Source: an uncultured Gemmatimonadaceae bacterium
GTDB taxonomy: Bacteria; Gemmatimonadota; Gemmatimonadetes; Gemmatimonadales; Gemmatimonadaceae
Length of the DNA stretch: 64,000 nt
NCBI GenBank assembly: GCA_963829055.1
Contig: CAWHHI010000008.1
Span: 96,001-160,000, forward strand
Reading direction: 5' to 3'
Shown: positions 41,910 to 52,149 of the stretch, piece after piece
Position numbering within the stretch: position 1 is the stretch's first letter
How the letters are laid out: every line of letters starts with the position of its first letter
Notes under the pieces: model-generated
What the model was told of the DNA's origin: nothing
The model's database searches: none
The model's input: only the letters and a program-made list of their open reading frames with translations
Position numbers and translations under genes: made by a program

Positions 41910-42578
41910 ATGTCGGAAAAAGCACCTGTAACCGAGTCGAAGCCGGATGGAGGTGACGCGCCGGCGGCACCAGCCGCCCCGCGCCGCAGTCCCGGGCATC
42001 GTGGGCAGGATGTACGGGACACCGTCGCCGAGATGGCCGCCCGCGCCCACGAGATCAGTCTCGAAGCCGGGAGCAAGATGGCCGCGGCCATGAAAGACGT
42101 GATCAACGCCGCCGCTGGGCTGACCGGATTCGCCATCGAAAGCGCGCGCGACCTCGTTCAATACATGGTTCGTCGCGGCCAAATGACGCAAGACGAGGCG
42201 GACAAGCTGATCCGCGAAGCCGAAGAGGCACACGGCAAGCGTAACCCCGGCGCCCCGCCGACGCGATCCAGCTATTCGAACCCCGATCATGGGAGCTCGA
42301 AACAGGCACCGAAGGTGGTCGAGAAGCCGGCGCCCGTCGCGGTTGCGGCACCGGTGGCGCCGCCCAATCCACCAGCCAAGGCGGTCGCTGCGGCGGCCCC
42401 AGCTCCGGTGGCCATTCCGGCTGCTGCCAAGGCGGCGCCACCCACCAAATCACCGGCCGCCAAGCCTCCCGCGGCAAAGAAGGTCGCCGCTGGAGCCAAG
42501 AAGGCCGCGCCGACAAAGGGTGCGGTAAAACGACCAGCAGTCGCCAAGGCCAGCGCGAAGCCCACCAAGAAGAAGTAG
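41910..42578 (+). CDS. Phasin/PhaF-like protein with a histone H1-like Lys/Ala/Pro tail
   Basis: LVQYMVRRGQMTQDEADKL helical domain; AAKK/PAAK-rich basic C-terminus. Confidence 0.6.
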   Translation: MSEKAPVTESKPDGGDAPAAPAAPRRSPGHRGQDVRDTVAEMAARAHEISLEAGSKMAAAMKDVINAAAGLTGFAIESARDLVQYMVRRGQMTQDEADKLIREAEEAHGKRNPGAPPTRSSYSNPDHGSSKQAPKVVEKPAPVAVAAPVAPPNPPAKAVAAAAPAPVAIPAAAKAAPPTKSPAAKPPAAKKVAAGAKKAAPTKGAVKRPAVAKASAKPTKKK

Positions 42579-42615
42579 CGACCAACCCCGTCCGCCAGCG
42601 CCGTCGTTGCCCGTG

Positions 42616-44479
42616 CTACTCCCGGGTGCGACGGCGCTTCAGCATTTCGAGCACATGAGCGCAGTTGATCAGCGCGATATGTGTGAACGCCTGCGGATGA
42701 TTGCCGAGGAACTCCCCCGTCGCAGGGTTGAGCTCTTCGCTGTAGAGACCAACGTGGTTCGCGTGCTTGAGCATCCGCTGAAAGATCCGCTCGGCGCGGT
42801 CGATCTCGCCGCACATCGCGAGGGCCTCCGCCAGCCAGAACGTGCAGATCGAGAACACGCCTTCCTCGCCGGGTAAGCCGTCGTCATTTCGGTAGCGATA
42901 GACGAGCTCCTGGTCCTCACTCGTCAGCTCACGAAGCGCGGCCATGACCGTGCCACGCACACGCGGGTGGTCACTTGGAAGAAAGTGAACCATCGGGATG
43001 ACCAGGTTCGAGGCGTCGAGCGCCTCGGTGCCGTAGTACTGCACGAAGCTCTGCTTCCGCTCGCTCCAACCCTTCTCCATCACCTCGGAATGAACGGCTG
43101 CCCGTTCGGCGGCCCATCGCGTTAGGTCCGCCGCGAGTCGGAAGCGGCGCGCGATCCGGATGCCACGGTCGAGGGCGACCCAGCACATCACCTTGCTGAA
43201 GACGTAGTGCTGCAGACCGGCACGCACCTCCCAGATCCCACTATCCGGGCGGCGCCAATTGTCCGCCACCCAATCGACGAGTCGTTGCAGCGTCACCCAC
43301 GTGCCCTCGGTGACTTCATTACGTCGGCTCCACAGGTACGCAGTCTCCAAGACCTCGCCGTAGACGTCGAGCTGCAGCTGGTCGTACGCGCCGTTGCCGA
43401 CCCGCACAGGTCTCGACCCGCGATAGCCCTCCAGAATGATCGAGCGTGCGCTCCGTGAGATGACGCCGACCGTCTATCCCGTACATGATCTGCAGGTGCG
43501 TGTCGTCATCGGTCTTGCGACACACGCGCTTCAGAAACCGCATGAAGCGATCAGCCTCCTCGAAATGGCCGAGGATGTTGAGCGAATACAGGACGAATGC
43601 GGAATCGCGCAGCCAGCTGTAGCGGTAGTCCCAGTTTCGCATCCCGCCTATCTGCTCGGGCAAGGACGTCGTCGGCGCGGCGACAATGGCACCCGTCGGT
43701 TGAAAGCACATGAGCTTCAGCGCGAGCGCCGACCTCTCGACTACGGAGCGATAGCGCCCGGTGTACTGAATACGCGCGGTCCACCCGTCCCAGAACGCGA
43801 TCGTGTCCTTGAGCTTCGTATCCGACTGGTAGTGGTCGATCGGACGCACGTCGTCGTCGTCATATCGCGCAACGAACCACGCCTGTTCGCCTTCGCGGAG
43901 CTTGATCGCCGCGATCGCCACGCCGCCATCGAACCGCCACCAGATGTCACGCGGTCCGGCAAGCGTCAGCACATCATCCTGCGCATCCGTCGCCAGCACG
44001 CCATGAGCTCGCGGCTGTAGACGAACCATCGGTTCGCCATAGTCGAAGCGTGGTGCGAATCGCACGATCATTTCCGCTTCGCCGCGAGTGCAGCGAACAC
44101 TCCGATGAATCTCGGGAAAGTCGCCGCGGTGACCGGACGTCGTGATCGGCATGAAGTCCGTCAGCTCTACGACTCCGCCGGCGTCCAGGTTGAACGTCGT
44201 GATCAGGACGTTCGTCGCGGGCGAGTACCGCTGCTCGGACGTGTGCGCAACGGCAGGCGCAATTGCGAAACTGCCGCCTCGGGTGGCATCGAGGATGGAC
44301 GCGAACACCGACGCAGAATCGAAGTGGGGGAAACAGCACCAGTCGATGGAGCCGTTGAGGCCCACGAGCGCCGCCGTGTGCAGGTCCCCAATCAGCGCGT
44401 ACGACGAGATGGGACGGTAGTCCCGATATTCGCTCAGCCGCCACGGCTGCGGCGTTTCGTGCCAGACTCGCGTCGTCAT
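42616..44479 (-). CDS. GH15 glycoside hydrolase (trehalase-like), with a +1 frameshift near 43436
   Basis: YALIGD, TTSLPE, RNWDYRYSWLRD, QLDVYGE, GIWEVR, LYSEE and GNHPQAFTH motifs. Confidence 0.9.
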
Positions 44480-45291
44480 CGGTCGCGGTTGATGTCGTGT
44501 GCGATATGCTCGAGCAGCGCGTGCAATTGTTCGGGAGTAGGAAGACTGAACTCTGCGGCGGTGTTCGCGTGATCTCCAACGTGAATTGTGACGGCATGCG
44601 GGAGCTCAGCACGAAGCAGCCGAAACGCATCTTCGTCGGTCGCGTCGTCGCCAGCGAAGAGCAACGACGCATCGGCGTTGAACCCACCGAGCTGCTCGGC
44701 GAGCTGTCGAATCGCGGTTCCCTTGTCGACGTCCACCGGCGGACGAATCTCGAGAGCCTTCTTCCCTTCCCGCACTAGAAGATCGTTGCGCACAGCAACG
44801 TCACCAACAATGGCTCGCAAACGCGGCACGATTGCTTCATCGACGAGCCGGTAGTGTACCGTGACCGTCCATTGCTTGTTCTCGAGCACGGCGCCGTCGA
44901 GCGATGCGAGCGCTGGCTCGAGCGCACCCACGACTCGCTTCATCGAATCCGCATAACGTGCGACAGCTGGATCGACGGTCGTATGCCCGCTCGGGTCCAT
45001 CACCTCTGCGCCATGGTTCCCGATCGTCCACAGATTCGCGACGCCGACGACATCCTGTGCGTCGCGTGCGGCGCGCCCAGATACGAGCGCGACGGACACT
45101 CCAGGTTGCGTTGCCAGCGACGCGAGCACCCGACGCGTCCCGTCCGGCACGCGAGCGAGTGATGGACGCTGTGCTATGGGCGCGAGCGTTCCGTCGACGT
45201 CCAGCATCAAGAGCAGCGGCCGGCCCGCGAGCCGTGCGGCGGGAATCGGATTGTCCGGATCCACCTCCTGGGAGCCAGCGGCTACGCTCAT
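44476..45291 (-). CDS. otsB: Trehalose-6-phosphate phosphatase
   Basis: LDVDGTL, VSGR, GNHG, DKG and GDDATDEDAF motifs. Confidence 0.92.
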   Translation of the reverse strand: MSVAAGSQEVDPDNPIPAARLAGRPLLLMLDVDGTLAPIAQRPSLARVPDGTRRVLASLATQPGVSVALVSGRAARDAQDVVGVANLWTIGNHGAEVMDPSGHTTVDPAVARYADSMKRVVGALEPALASLDGAVLENKQWTVTVHYRLVDEAIVPRLRAIVGDVAVRNDLLVREGKKALEIRPPVDVDKGTAIRQLAEQLGGFNADASLLFAGDDATDEDAFRLLRAELPHAVTIHVGDHANTAAEFSLPTPEQLHALLEHIAHDINRDR

Positions 45292-46877
45292 GGAAGCGCG
45301 TCTCCCCAGAGTGATGTATCGCGGGCCGCGTCCGTGCCGGCGCGTGCCCCCGCGTCATCGTGCGTGCCGTTCGCGAGCGCGCGACGCTCGCGGTTGGCGG
45401 ACGCCTGAGTGGTGGCATCCATCAGATCCGCGCAACGCGCGAGAATGGCCTCGAGCCAGTCGAAGATCGTCGACCGATGCAGTTGCGCGCGCATTACGCG
45501 CATGCGACGTGTTCGCTCTTCCATGTCCATCTCGAGCGCGGTGCGAATACCGTCCGCGAAGCCGCCGACGTTGAACGGGTTGATGAGCACCGCTTCATCG
45601 ATCTCTTCCGCTGCGCCTGTGAACCGGCTCAGCACGAGAACCCCGTGTTCGTCTACCTGGCAGGCGACGAATTCCTTCGCCACGAGGTTCATCCCGTCCT
45701 GGAGCGATGACACGAGACAGAGATCGGCGGCGCGGTAGATCGCCGCGAGCAACTCTGCGTGTACGTTCTCGTGGACGAGGACGATCGGCTCCCAGTCCTG
45801 CGTGCCGTAGCGGCTGTTGATGTCGCGAACCGTCGCCAACATCTCATTCTCGAGATTCTTGTACGGCGCCAATTCCGTACGCGAAGGTGTGGCGACGACG
45901 ATCATGGTGAATCGCTCCCGCAACTCCGGCGATTCCTGCCAGAGCCGATCGAGCGCGCGCAGTCGTTCGGGAATGCCCTTCGTGTAGTCCACGCGGTCGA
46001 CGCTGACACCGAGTGCACGACCACCGCGCGCGTAGCGTTGGCGCAGCGCGCTCGCTCGGGCATCGCTCTCCTCACTGAGTGCGAGGCGCTCGAACGACTC
46101 CACGTCAATGCTGATGGGAAACGAGCCGAGCACTACCTGTCGACCGTCGACCGATACGCGCAGCGATTCACCGCGGACCTGCGCCTCGGGCACGAACTCG
46201 CGCACGCAATTCAGAAAATTGTGGGCGTAGCGGTCGGTGTGAAACTCGATGAGGTCATTGCCGAGGAGCCCTCGCAAGAGCGCCGCCGGAACACCCGTCG
46301 GTAGGAGCCGCAACATGTCCGGCGGCGGAAACGGGATGTGCCAGAAATGATGAATGAAAATGTCAGGTGCGAGACGCCTGATCTCCGCGGGGACGAGCGC
46401 GAAATGATAGTCCTGCACCCAGACCTGCGGCGTGGACTTCGCTCGGAGCGACTCCTCGTAGACCGCTTTCGCGAAACGCGCATTGATCTGCTGATAGCAC
46501 TCCCAATGCTCGCGATGAAACTCGAAATGCTGGATGAGCAGGTGGCACAGCGGCCACAACGCAGTGTTCGCGAACCCCAGGTAATACCCCTCGATGTCGT
46601 CCTCACTGAGCCAGACACGACGAAGCGTGTACCTTGGCTCGAAGGGTGGGACACCAAGGCGGCCGACTTCGTCGGCAGTTTCGCGGTCGGCAGAGCCTGA
46701 GCCCCACGCGACCCACGTTCCACTCATGCGTCGCATGGTTGGATCGAGCGCGGATACGAGTCCGCCGGGCGGTTGGCGCACGTGAACACCCTCGGAACCA
46801 GCGAGGTGCTCATACGGCTCGCGGTTCGAGAGCAGAATCAACGTGCGGCCGTCGAGGTAACTGGTGACGTCCGTCAT
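45288..46877 (-). CDS. otsA: Trehalose-6-phosphate synthase (GT20)
   Basis: SNREP, GGLV, QDYH, HIPFP, DRVDYTKG and DGMNLVAKE motifs; GAGGA RBS. Confidence 0.95.
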   Translation of the reverse strand: MTDVTSYLDGRTLILLSNREPYEHLAGSEGVHVRQPPGGLVSALDPTMRRMSGTWVAWGSGSADRETADEVGRLGVPPFEPRYTLRRVWLSEDDIEGYYLGFANTALWPLCHLLIQHFEFHREHWECYQQINARFAKAVYEESLRAKSTPQVWVQDYHFALVPAEIRRLAPDIFIHHFWHIPFPPPDMLRLLPTGVPAALLRGLLGNDLIEFHTDRYAHNFLNCVREFVPEAQVRGESLRVSVDGRQVVLGSFPISIDVESFERLALSEESDARASALRQRYARGGRALGVSVDRVDYTKGIPERLRALDRLWQESPELRERFTMIVVATPSRTELAPYKNLENEMLATVRDINSRYGTQDWEPIVLVHENVHAELLAAIYRAADLCLVSSLQDGMNLVAKEFVACQVDEHGVLVLSRFTGAAEEIDEAVLINPFNVGGFADGIRTALEMDMEERTRRMRVMRAQLHRSTIFDWLEAILARCADLMDATTQASANRERRALANGTHDDAGARAGTDAARDTSLWGDALP

Positions 46878-47299
46878 GGCGCGATCCTCTGTGGCAACAG
46901 CCGTGCGAGCGCAGCGCTGAATTCTCATCGGGGACGCTCGAACTCTGACCGTCGCGTCATGAGCGGCAACGAGCACCTGAGTCATCACAGACCGATCGTG
47001 CGCGGCGACACGCTCGCGCGCGCGGCGTCCGGTCCGTACCGCACGAGCGGCGCCGAGCGACACACGGCGCCAAATCGCGGTGCGACATGATACAACCTCT
47101 GAAACGACCGGACCGCACTGTTAGAGCACGATCCCCCCGCATGAAAGCTCGGGCTCGCTTACCCTGGCGACATGACTGCCTGGTTGTGCGCCCCATGGCC
47201 GGGCGGCGTGCGGACACCACCGGGTGATCGTACCTGACGGCGTGGCCGATACTATCGAACGGAGCGGGTGTGGTAATTCTCGAATCAACGGAGTCAGTG

Positions 47300-47691
47300 A
47301 TGACGAGTTCTGGCGGTTTCCCGCGTCGCCGCGTGTGCAGGGTGTCCGCGATCGCTCTCGTGGCCGCGCCTTCCTTGCTCGGCGCACAGGCCGCCATCAG
47401 AACGAACCGTGGTACGCGATCACGAGCGAAGACGCGGGGGTCGCGGGCGACACGAGACAAGGGACAGGCGCGTCAGCGCCGCAACCTGGATTCGCTCGCA
47501 TTATCGACGTCAGCGATCCGAGCCATCCCGAAGAGGTCGCGCGCTAGGGTCGCGAGATCGCACGGTTCTCGGCGGCTGACGGGGGCACGGGCATGCCTAA
47601 CGTGGTCGCCGTCCAGCCGGTCCGCGGGATGGTGCTTGCGGCGGATCGCACGAACGGACTCTGGATGCTCCGGATGTCAGCTAAGGAGTAG
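47300..47691 (+). pseudogene. Deleted remnant of a secreted LVIVD-repeat-type protein
   Basis: Signal-like N-terminus in one frame; in another, GFARIIDVSDPSHPEEVAR*GREIARF...ADRTNGLW* with an in-frame TAG at 47545. Confidence 0.55.
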
Positions 47692-50050
47692 GCCTGATCT
47701 TCTCGAACGTCTGGTTGCCGATCGGATACAAGCGCCAGTCCTGGTAGTCGAAGTGCCACCACTCCGCGTCATAGACGCGGAAGCCCTCGGCTTCCATGGC
47801 CCGGCGGAGTAGCTCGCGGTTGTAGCGTTGCAGCGAAGTACCGCCCGGGTAATCCGGGTAGGCGCGCGCCGAGAACTCGTCGTAGCCGCTCACCATTTCG
47901 AGCTCGCGACCCGTTCGACGGTCGTACACCGTCAAGTCGACGGCCGCACCGCGATTGTGCCGCGATCCCTGCGATGGATCGGCGACGAACACCTTGCCAC
48001 TCTCGGGCGTCGCGTCCCAGAACATCCGCGTGACGTACCAGGGGCGGTACCCATCGTGGATCAGCAACCCCAACCCCACTCGCCCGAGCGCGCGGTGGGC
48101 GCGAACCAACGCCTCGGCGGCCGGACGCTGCAGGAACGCGCGTGCCTGCTGGTACATCGGTGTCGCCAGGAAGTTGTTCGTGCCCGCGTATCGAATGTCG
48201 AGCCGGATCGTGGAATCGAGAGTCACAAGCTCGACGAGATCCGAGGGACGATGAGTGTTCGGCTCGACCGGCGGCGTGGCGGCCAGTGCTTCGGCGCGCA
48301 GCTCGTTGAGCGGCCGCACCGGCTGCAGACGGAACGTTCGGCCGTCCTCGCCGTCGATCGGGCGTCGGGGAAACTTGACCGCCCCAACCATGACTTCAGT
48401 GGCGTAGCCATCCGCCCGCCGCTTGAACGTGAGGCGCTCACCGTCGTAGAGGCCGGAGGCCGGGAAGGCAAACGAGTCTCGCGCCGATTCCGTGAGCGGA
48501 TAGTCGAAGAACCACTCGATGAGCGCGTGCAACTGGCCATCGCGCTCCACGATGTAGAGTGTGTTGTAGTCCCAGCCATACTCGCCGATCAGACCGCGCC
48601 ACCGAACGGGCGGAGCGTCTGGGCGCGTCCTCGTCATCCGGGATAGCGTGTCATCACCAACGATCAGTTTCTGGCCGACGAGGCGAACGCGCGGCCCGTA
48701 GGAGAGCTCATCGTCGGCGACCAGCGTATCGCCGGCCAGCACGCGTAGGCGACTGCGAAGCATCCCGCTCGCCCGCGTTAGGTGGACGAGCGAGTCACGC
48801 GCGGTCACATCGACGCGGTGGCTGCCCGTGCCGTAGCTGCCGTCGAGCCGACGAGCGAGATCGAGCGGTACCGGCGATGTGACCACGGGCTCGGGGAGCG
48901 CTACGCCCGCGAGATTCGCCACCAGCAGGCGTAGCGCGATATCGGCAATATGAGTCGCGACCGCGTTCGCTCCGTCTTTCGTGATCGCGACGGCCACCCC
49001 GAGCTTGTCATCGGGGAGCGCGGCAAGCTCGGTCGCGAACCCGTAGATGGCACCGCTGTGTCGTACCGCACGGTGGCCGTCGAGTGACCCCACGTCGAAA
49101 CCCAGCCCAAAGCCCGTCCGTGCACCGTTGCTCGCGAACTGCGGGTGCCACATCTCGTCGAGCGACTGCTCGCTGAGCACGCGTCCACCCTGCGCGTTGC
49201 CGCGCGCGAACAACACGCTCATGAACCGCGCGAGATCGGTGACGGTCGAGTACATACTTCCGGCCGGCGCCATGCCGAGCTCGAAGCGCGGCGCGGTGAA
49301 TGTCCGCCCGTCGAGCGTCCACATTGCGCCCGAGGCGCGCCGCGCGTCGAACGCGGGCTTTGGCTCGAACGCGCTCTCATCGAGACCCATCGGGCTCAAC
49401 ACCGAGCGCGCGAGATAGTCCTGGAACCGCTGTCCGCCGACGGTCTGCACTACGAGGCCGGCGACGGCGATTCCCGCGTTCGAGTACTTCGACCGGGCGC
49501 GCGGGTCGTACACGAGACGGGTCTGGTTCAGGCTTCGCACAGTCTCGTCGAGTGGCGGCGTCGTGCTATCGAAGTAGTGGCCTGCTGGAGGCTCGCGCAC
49601 CAATCCCGCGCGGTGGGACATCAATTCGCGAAGGGTGATCGATGTGGCGCCCTTGCCGCCGGGCGCGAACGTCGAGAGGTATCGATTCACCGGCGCGTCC
49701 AGGTCGAGCGCTTTACGCTCGACGAGTTGCATGGCAGCGATGTCCGTGAACAGCTTCGACACTGAACCGACGCGGTACACGGTTCGTGCGGTGGCGCGCG
49801 AGCTGTCCGTAGGGTTCGCGATCCCGAACCCGCGCGCCCAGATCACCGTTTGATCGTTCACGAGGGCGATCGAGAGCGCGGGAAGATTCTTGTCGGCCAT
49901 CTCGTGCGCGATGAACCGTTCGAGCACCTGAACCGCGGCCGCATAACGCGGCGGCGGAGGGACCGAGTCGGACGGGGCCTGCGCGGAGGAGCCGGCTGTG
50001 GTAACGGCGACCAGTACGGTCGCGGACCAGATGCGACGCATCGTCATCAT
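47681..50050 (-). CDS. Secreted fusion of a beta-lactamase-family serine hydrolase and a D-Ala-D-Ala dipeptidase (M15D, VanX/DdpX-like)
   Basis: Signal peptide; SVSK, YSN and HSG motifs; C-terminal HDGYRPW, SRHNRGAAVDLT and EWWHFD. Confidence 0.88.
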   Translation of the reverse strand: MMTMRRIWSATVLVAVTTAGSSAQAPSDSVPPPPRYAAAVQVLERFIAHEMADKNLPALSIALVNDQTVIWARGFGIANPTDSSRATARTVYRVGSVSKLFTDIAAMQLVERKALDLDAPVNRYLSTFAPGGKGATSITLRELMSHRAGLVREPPAGHYFDSTTPPLDETVRSLNQTRLVYDPRARSKYSNAGIAVAGLVVQTVGGQRFQDYLARSVLSPMGLDESAFEPKPAFDARRASGAMWTLDGRTFTAPRFELGMAPAGSMYSTVTDLARFMSVLFARGNAQGGRVLSEQSLDEMWHPQFASNGARTGFGLGFDVGSLDGHRAVRHSGAIYGFATELAALPDDKLGVAVAITKDGANAVATHIADIALRLLVANLAGVALPEPVVTSPVPLDLARRLDGSYGTGSHRVDVTARDSLVHLTRASGMLRSRLRVLAGDTLVADDELSYGPRVRLVGQKLIVGDDTLSRMTRTRPDAPPVRWRGLIGEYGWDYNTLYIVERDGQLHALIEWFFDYPLTESARDSFAFPASGLYDGERLTFKRRADGYATEVMVGAVKFPRRPIDGEDGRTFRLQPVRPLNELRAEALAATPPVEPNTHRPSDLVELVTLDSTIRLDIRYAGTNNFLATPMYQQARAFLQRPAAEALVRAHRALGRVGLGLLIHDGYRPWYVTRMFWDATPESGKVFVADPSQGSRHNRGAAVDLTVYDRRTGRELEMVSGYDEFSARAYPDYPGGTSLQRYNRELLRRAMEAEGFRVYDAEWWHFDYQDWRLYPIGNQTFEKIRPTP

Positions 50051-50721
50051 TGAATCGGCTTCCTCGGCGGGGGCGGTCCAGCGCTGCCAGTGTAGCGCGG
50101 TGCCGGCCCAGTCACCAGGACGCGGCTGTCACACAGCGTTTCCAGGTCTTCGATCGTGTCGACATCTCGCGGCGCCGCCCACTCCAGCGGCGCCTCAGCC
50201 ACGCGTGCCGGATCGCGCGCGACGACGGCTCTCGCGCCGACGTCACCGTCGAGTGCGAGCAACTCCGGGAACACGTCCGCGGCGAACAGCGTCGGGTGCG
50301 CCGGAGCAGTCCAATCAGCATAACGCGGAACGACGATGGACGACCTCGAGGTCTGCCATCGCGACGTAACCCTGCGGTAGGCTTCGGGCCGCATATCGGG
50401 CTGGTCACCGAGCCCGATAATCACGGCGTCAGCGTCTCGCTCGAGGGCGGCCACCCCACACCGCAGCGACACTGCCATTCCATTCGCGAAATCCGGCTCG
50501 TGAACAATCCGAACGGATAAGCCGTCGAGCGCTCTCTGTATGGGCACGCCGTGGGCGCCTGTCACGACGACGACTTCACCGACATCGGCGTCGACGGCTG
50601 CGGCCACGGCGAGACGAACGAGGGGAACGCCGTCGACCATTGCGAGCAGCTTGTGTGCCCCTGCGGTCCCGAATCGACTGGACCGTCCCGCGGCCAGCAC
50701 GAGCACCCCGACGCGTGGCAT
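50047..50721 (-). CDS. mocA: Molybdenum cofactor cytidylyltransferase-like nucleotidyltransferase
   Basis: LAAGRSSRFG, KLL, GDQP, HPTLF, GDVGAR and DVDT motifs. Confidence 0.8.
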   Translation of the reverse strand: MPRVGVLVLAAGRSSRFGTAGAHKLLAMVDGVPLVRLAVAAAVDADVGEVVVVTGAHGVPIQRALDGLSVRIVHEPDFANGMAVSLRCGVAALERDADAVIIGLGDQPDMRPEAYRRVTSRWQTSRSSIVVPRYADWTAPAHPTLFAADVFPELLALDGDVGARAVVARDPARVAEAPLEWAAPRDVDTIEDLETLCDSRVLVTGPAPRYTGSAGPPPPRKPIQ

Positions 50722-50728
50722 CGAACGC

Positions 50729-51106
50729 CTAACGCGCCCTGGTGTAGCGAAGCAACCCGGTGTGAAGCACCGTCAGCGGCAACCGAACGCAGGCCATGCG
50801 CGAGGCAGGAATCTCCGACTTGAGCTGGGTGATCAACTCGGGAACACTCAACGTTTCCACGTCCTCGAGCGGCGCCCCGCGCACCAGCTCTGTGAGCATC
50901 GACGACGCCGCAATACAGATCGCGCACGCGTTCGCGGTGAACCGCGCCTCGATGACGATGTCGCCGTCCAACGCGAGGTCGATGCGCACGCGATCGCCGC
51001 ACAGTGGATTCGTGCCCTCCTGAGACACTGTCGGCGCCGGAAGCGCCCCGCGATTGCGCGGGTTCTTGAAGTGTTCGAGGATGGTCGCGCTGTAGGGACC
51101 AGCCAC
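50729..51106 (-). CDS. IscU/SufU-like scaffold or sulfurtransferase
   Basis: EHFKNPRN, NPLCGD, ACAIC and RMAC motifs. Confidence 0.85.
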   Translation of the reverse strand: MAGPYSATILEHFKNPRNRGALPAPTVSQEGTNPLCGDRVRIDLALDGDIVIEARFTANACAICIAASSMLTELVRGAPLEDVETLSVPELITQLKSEIPASRMACVRLPLTVLHTGLLRYTRAR

Positions 51107-51108
51107 CG

Positions 51109-52149
51109 TTACTCCACCGCCCCGCGCTCCGTAGCGGCTCGATACGCCGGGAGCCTGAATGCCATGTCGCGCGTGAGGAACCCGCCGTGGCCCAGTCCCG
51201 CGAGTGAGGCGCTACTCAGCTGCTCGCCAGTCAGGAGCCGGGCGATGACGAGATCGAAGACCGTAGCCTGAGCGAACAAGCCACACGTGGGCATGCCGAC
51301 AACGGCGATGCCATTCCAGTCGGCGATCCACAGCAGGCTGCCGGGATGCGCCGGCACCCCGTGTCGAACCATGCGAGCACCGAGTCGTTCGAGCGCCGCG
51401 AACGTTGGATCCAGGACGTCCATCGCCTTCGTCCCTGCAACGAGCGCGATCTGTGCGCCAGCCTCTGAGACCGCCTCGAACGAGCGAACGATCCCGTCCA
51501 CCGACGGCGGCGTGACCTCGACCGCGCACAGCGATGATCCGAACCACCGCACCTTCTCGGCCACGGCCGTCCGGAATCGTGCGACCGCGCGGTCGCCCAT
51601 CGACTCGTGGACGACGGCGCCGATGCGATGCGAAACGAACGGCCTAACGCGAATCGCGCCGCCTGCGTCCGCCGAGATCGCCTCGACCTCGGCGAGTACG
51701 CGGGCTGTGACGGCGAACGGAATGATCTTCGTGCGCGCCACCACCTCACCCGCATCCACGACCTGGTGGTCGTAGAGCGAGTAAACGCACGGCCCCTCGA
51801 GCGAGTTGATGCGATCGAGTGCCGCCGGATCCACTGACAGCAGCCCCCGCACCGTCGCGACCAGAGGCCAGTGACCGCCCGCCGGATCTCGCTGGCCAAC
51901 ACCGTCTCCCGCGACGGCGCGCGCGATCCGATCGCCGGCGTCGTCCTCGTGGACATCGCCGTCATCCAGCGCGAGCAGGTGGAGCTCCGACCAGTCGAGC
52001 GTGAGCGCGCGCGCGGAATCCTCGTCGTCGAGCACCCGACCCTTCGCGATCGCGACTCGCCCGTCATCCCCCCGAAGCTCGTGACAGAGCACACGCCCAT
52101 TCAGGTCTGACTTCTGCGCCGACGGTCGTTCGACACGAATAGCGCGCAT
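51109..52149 (-). CDS. Molybdopterin-binding (MoeA/MoCF_biosynth-like) protein
   Basis: DVHEDDA, KIIPFAV, HGVPAHPGSLL, GMPTC and LGHGG motifs. Confidence 0.75.
   Translation of the reverse strand: MRAIRVERPSAQKSDLNGRVLCHELRGDDGRVAIAKGRVLDDEDSARALTLDWSELHLLALDDGDVHEDDAGDRIARAVAGDGVGQRDPAGGHWPLVATVRGLLSVDPAALDRINSLEGPCVYSLYDHQVVDAGEVVARTKIIPFAVTARVLAEVEAISADAGGAIRVRPFVSHRIGAVVHESMGDRAVARFRTAVAEKVRWFGSSLCAVEVTPPSVDGIVRSFEAVSEAGAQIALVAGTKAMDVLDPTFAALERLGARMVRHGVPAHPGSLLWIADWNGIAVVGMPTCGLFAQATVFDLVIARLLTGEQLSSASLAGLGHGGFLTRDMAFRLPAYRAATERGAVE

Noticed and set aside
47545..47547. In-frame TAG as pyrrolysine or stop-codon reassignment
   Set aside because: TAG is a normal stop for many genes in the window, no pyl genes are seen, and a deletion junction explains it better.
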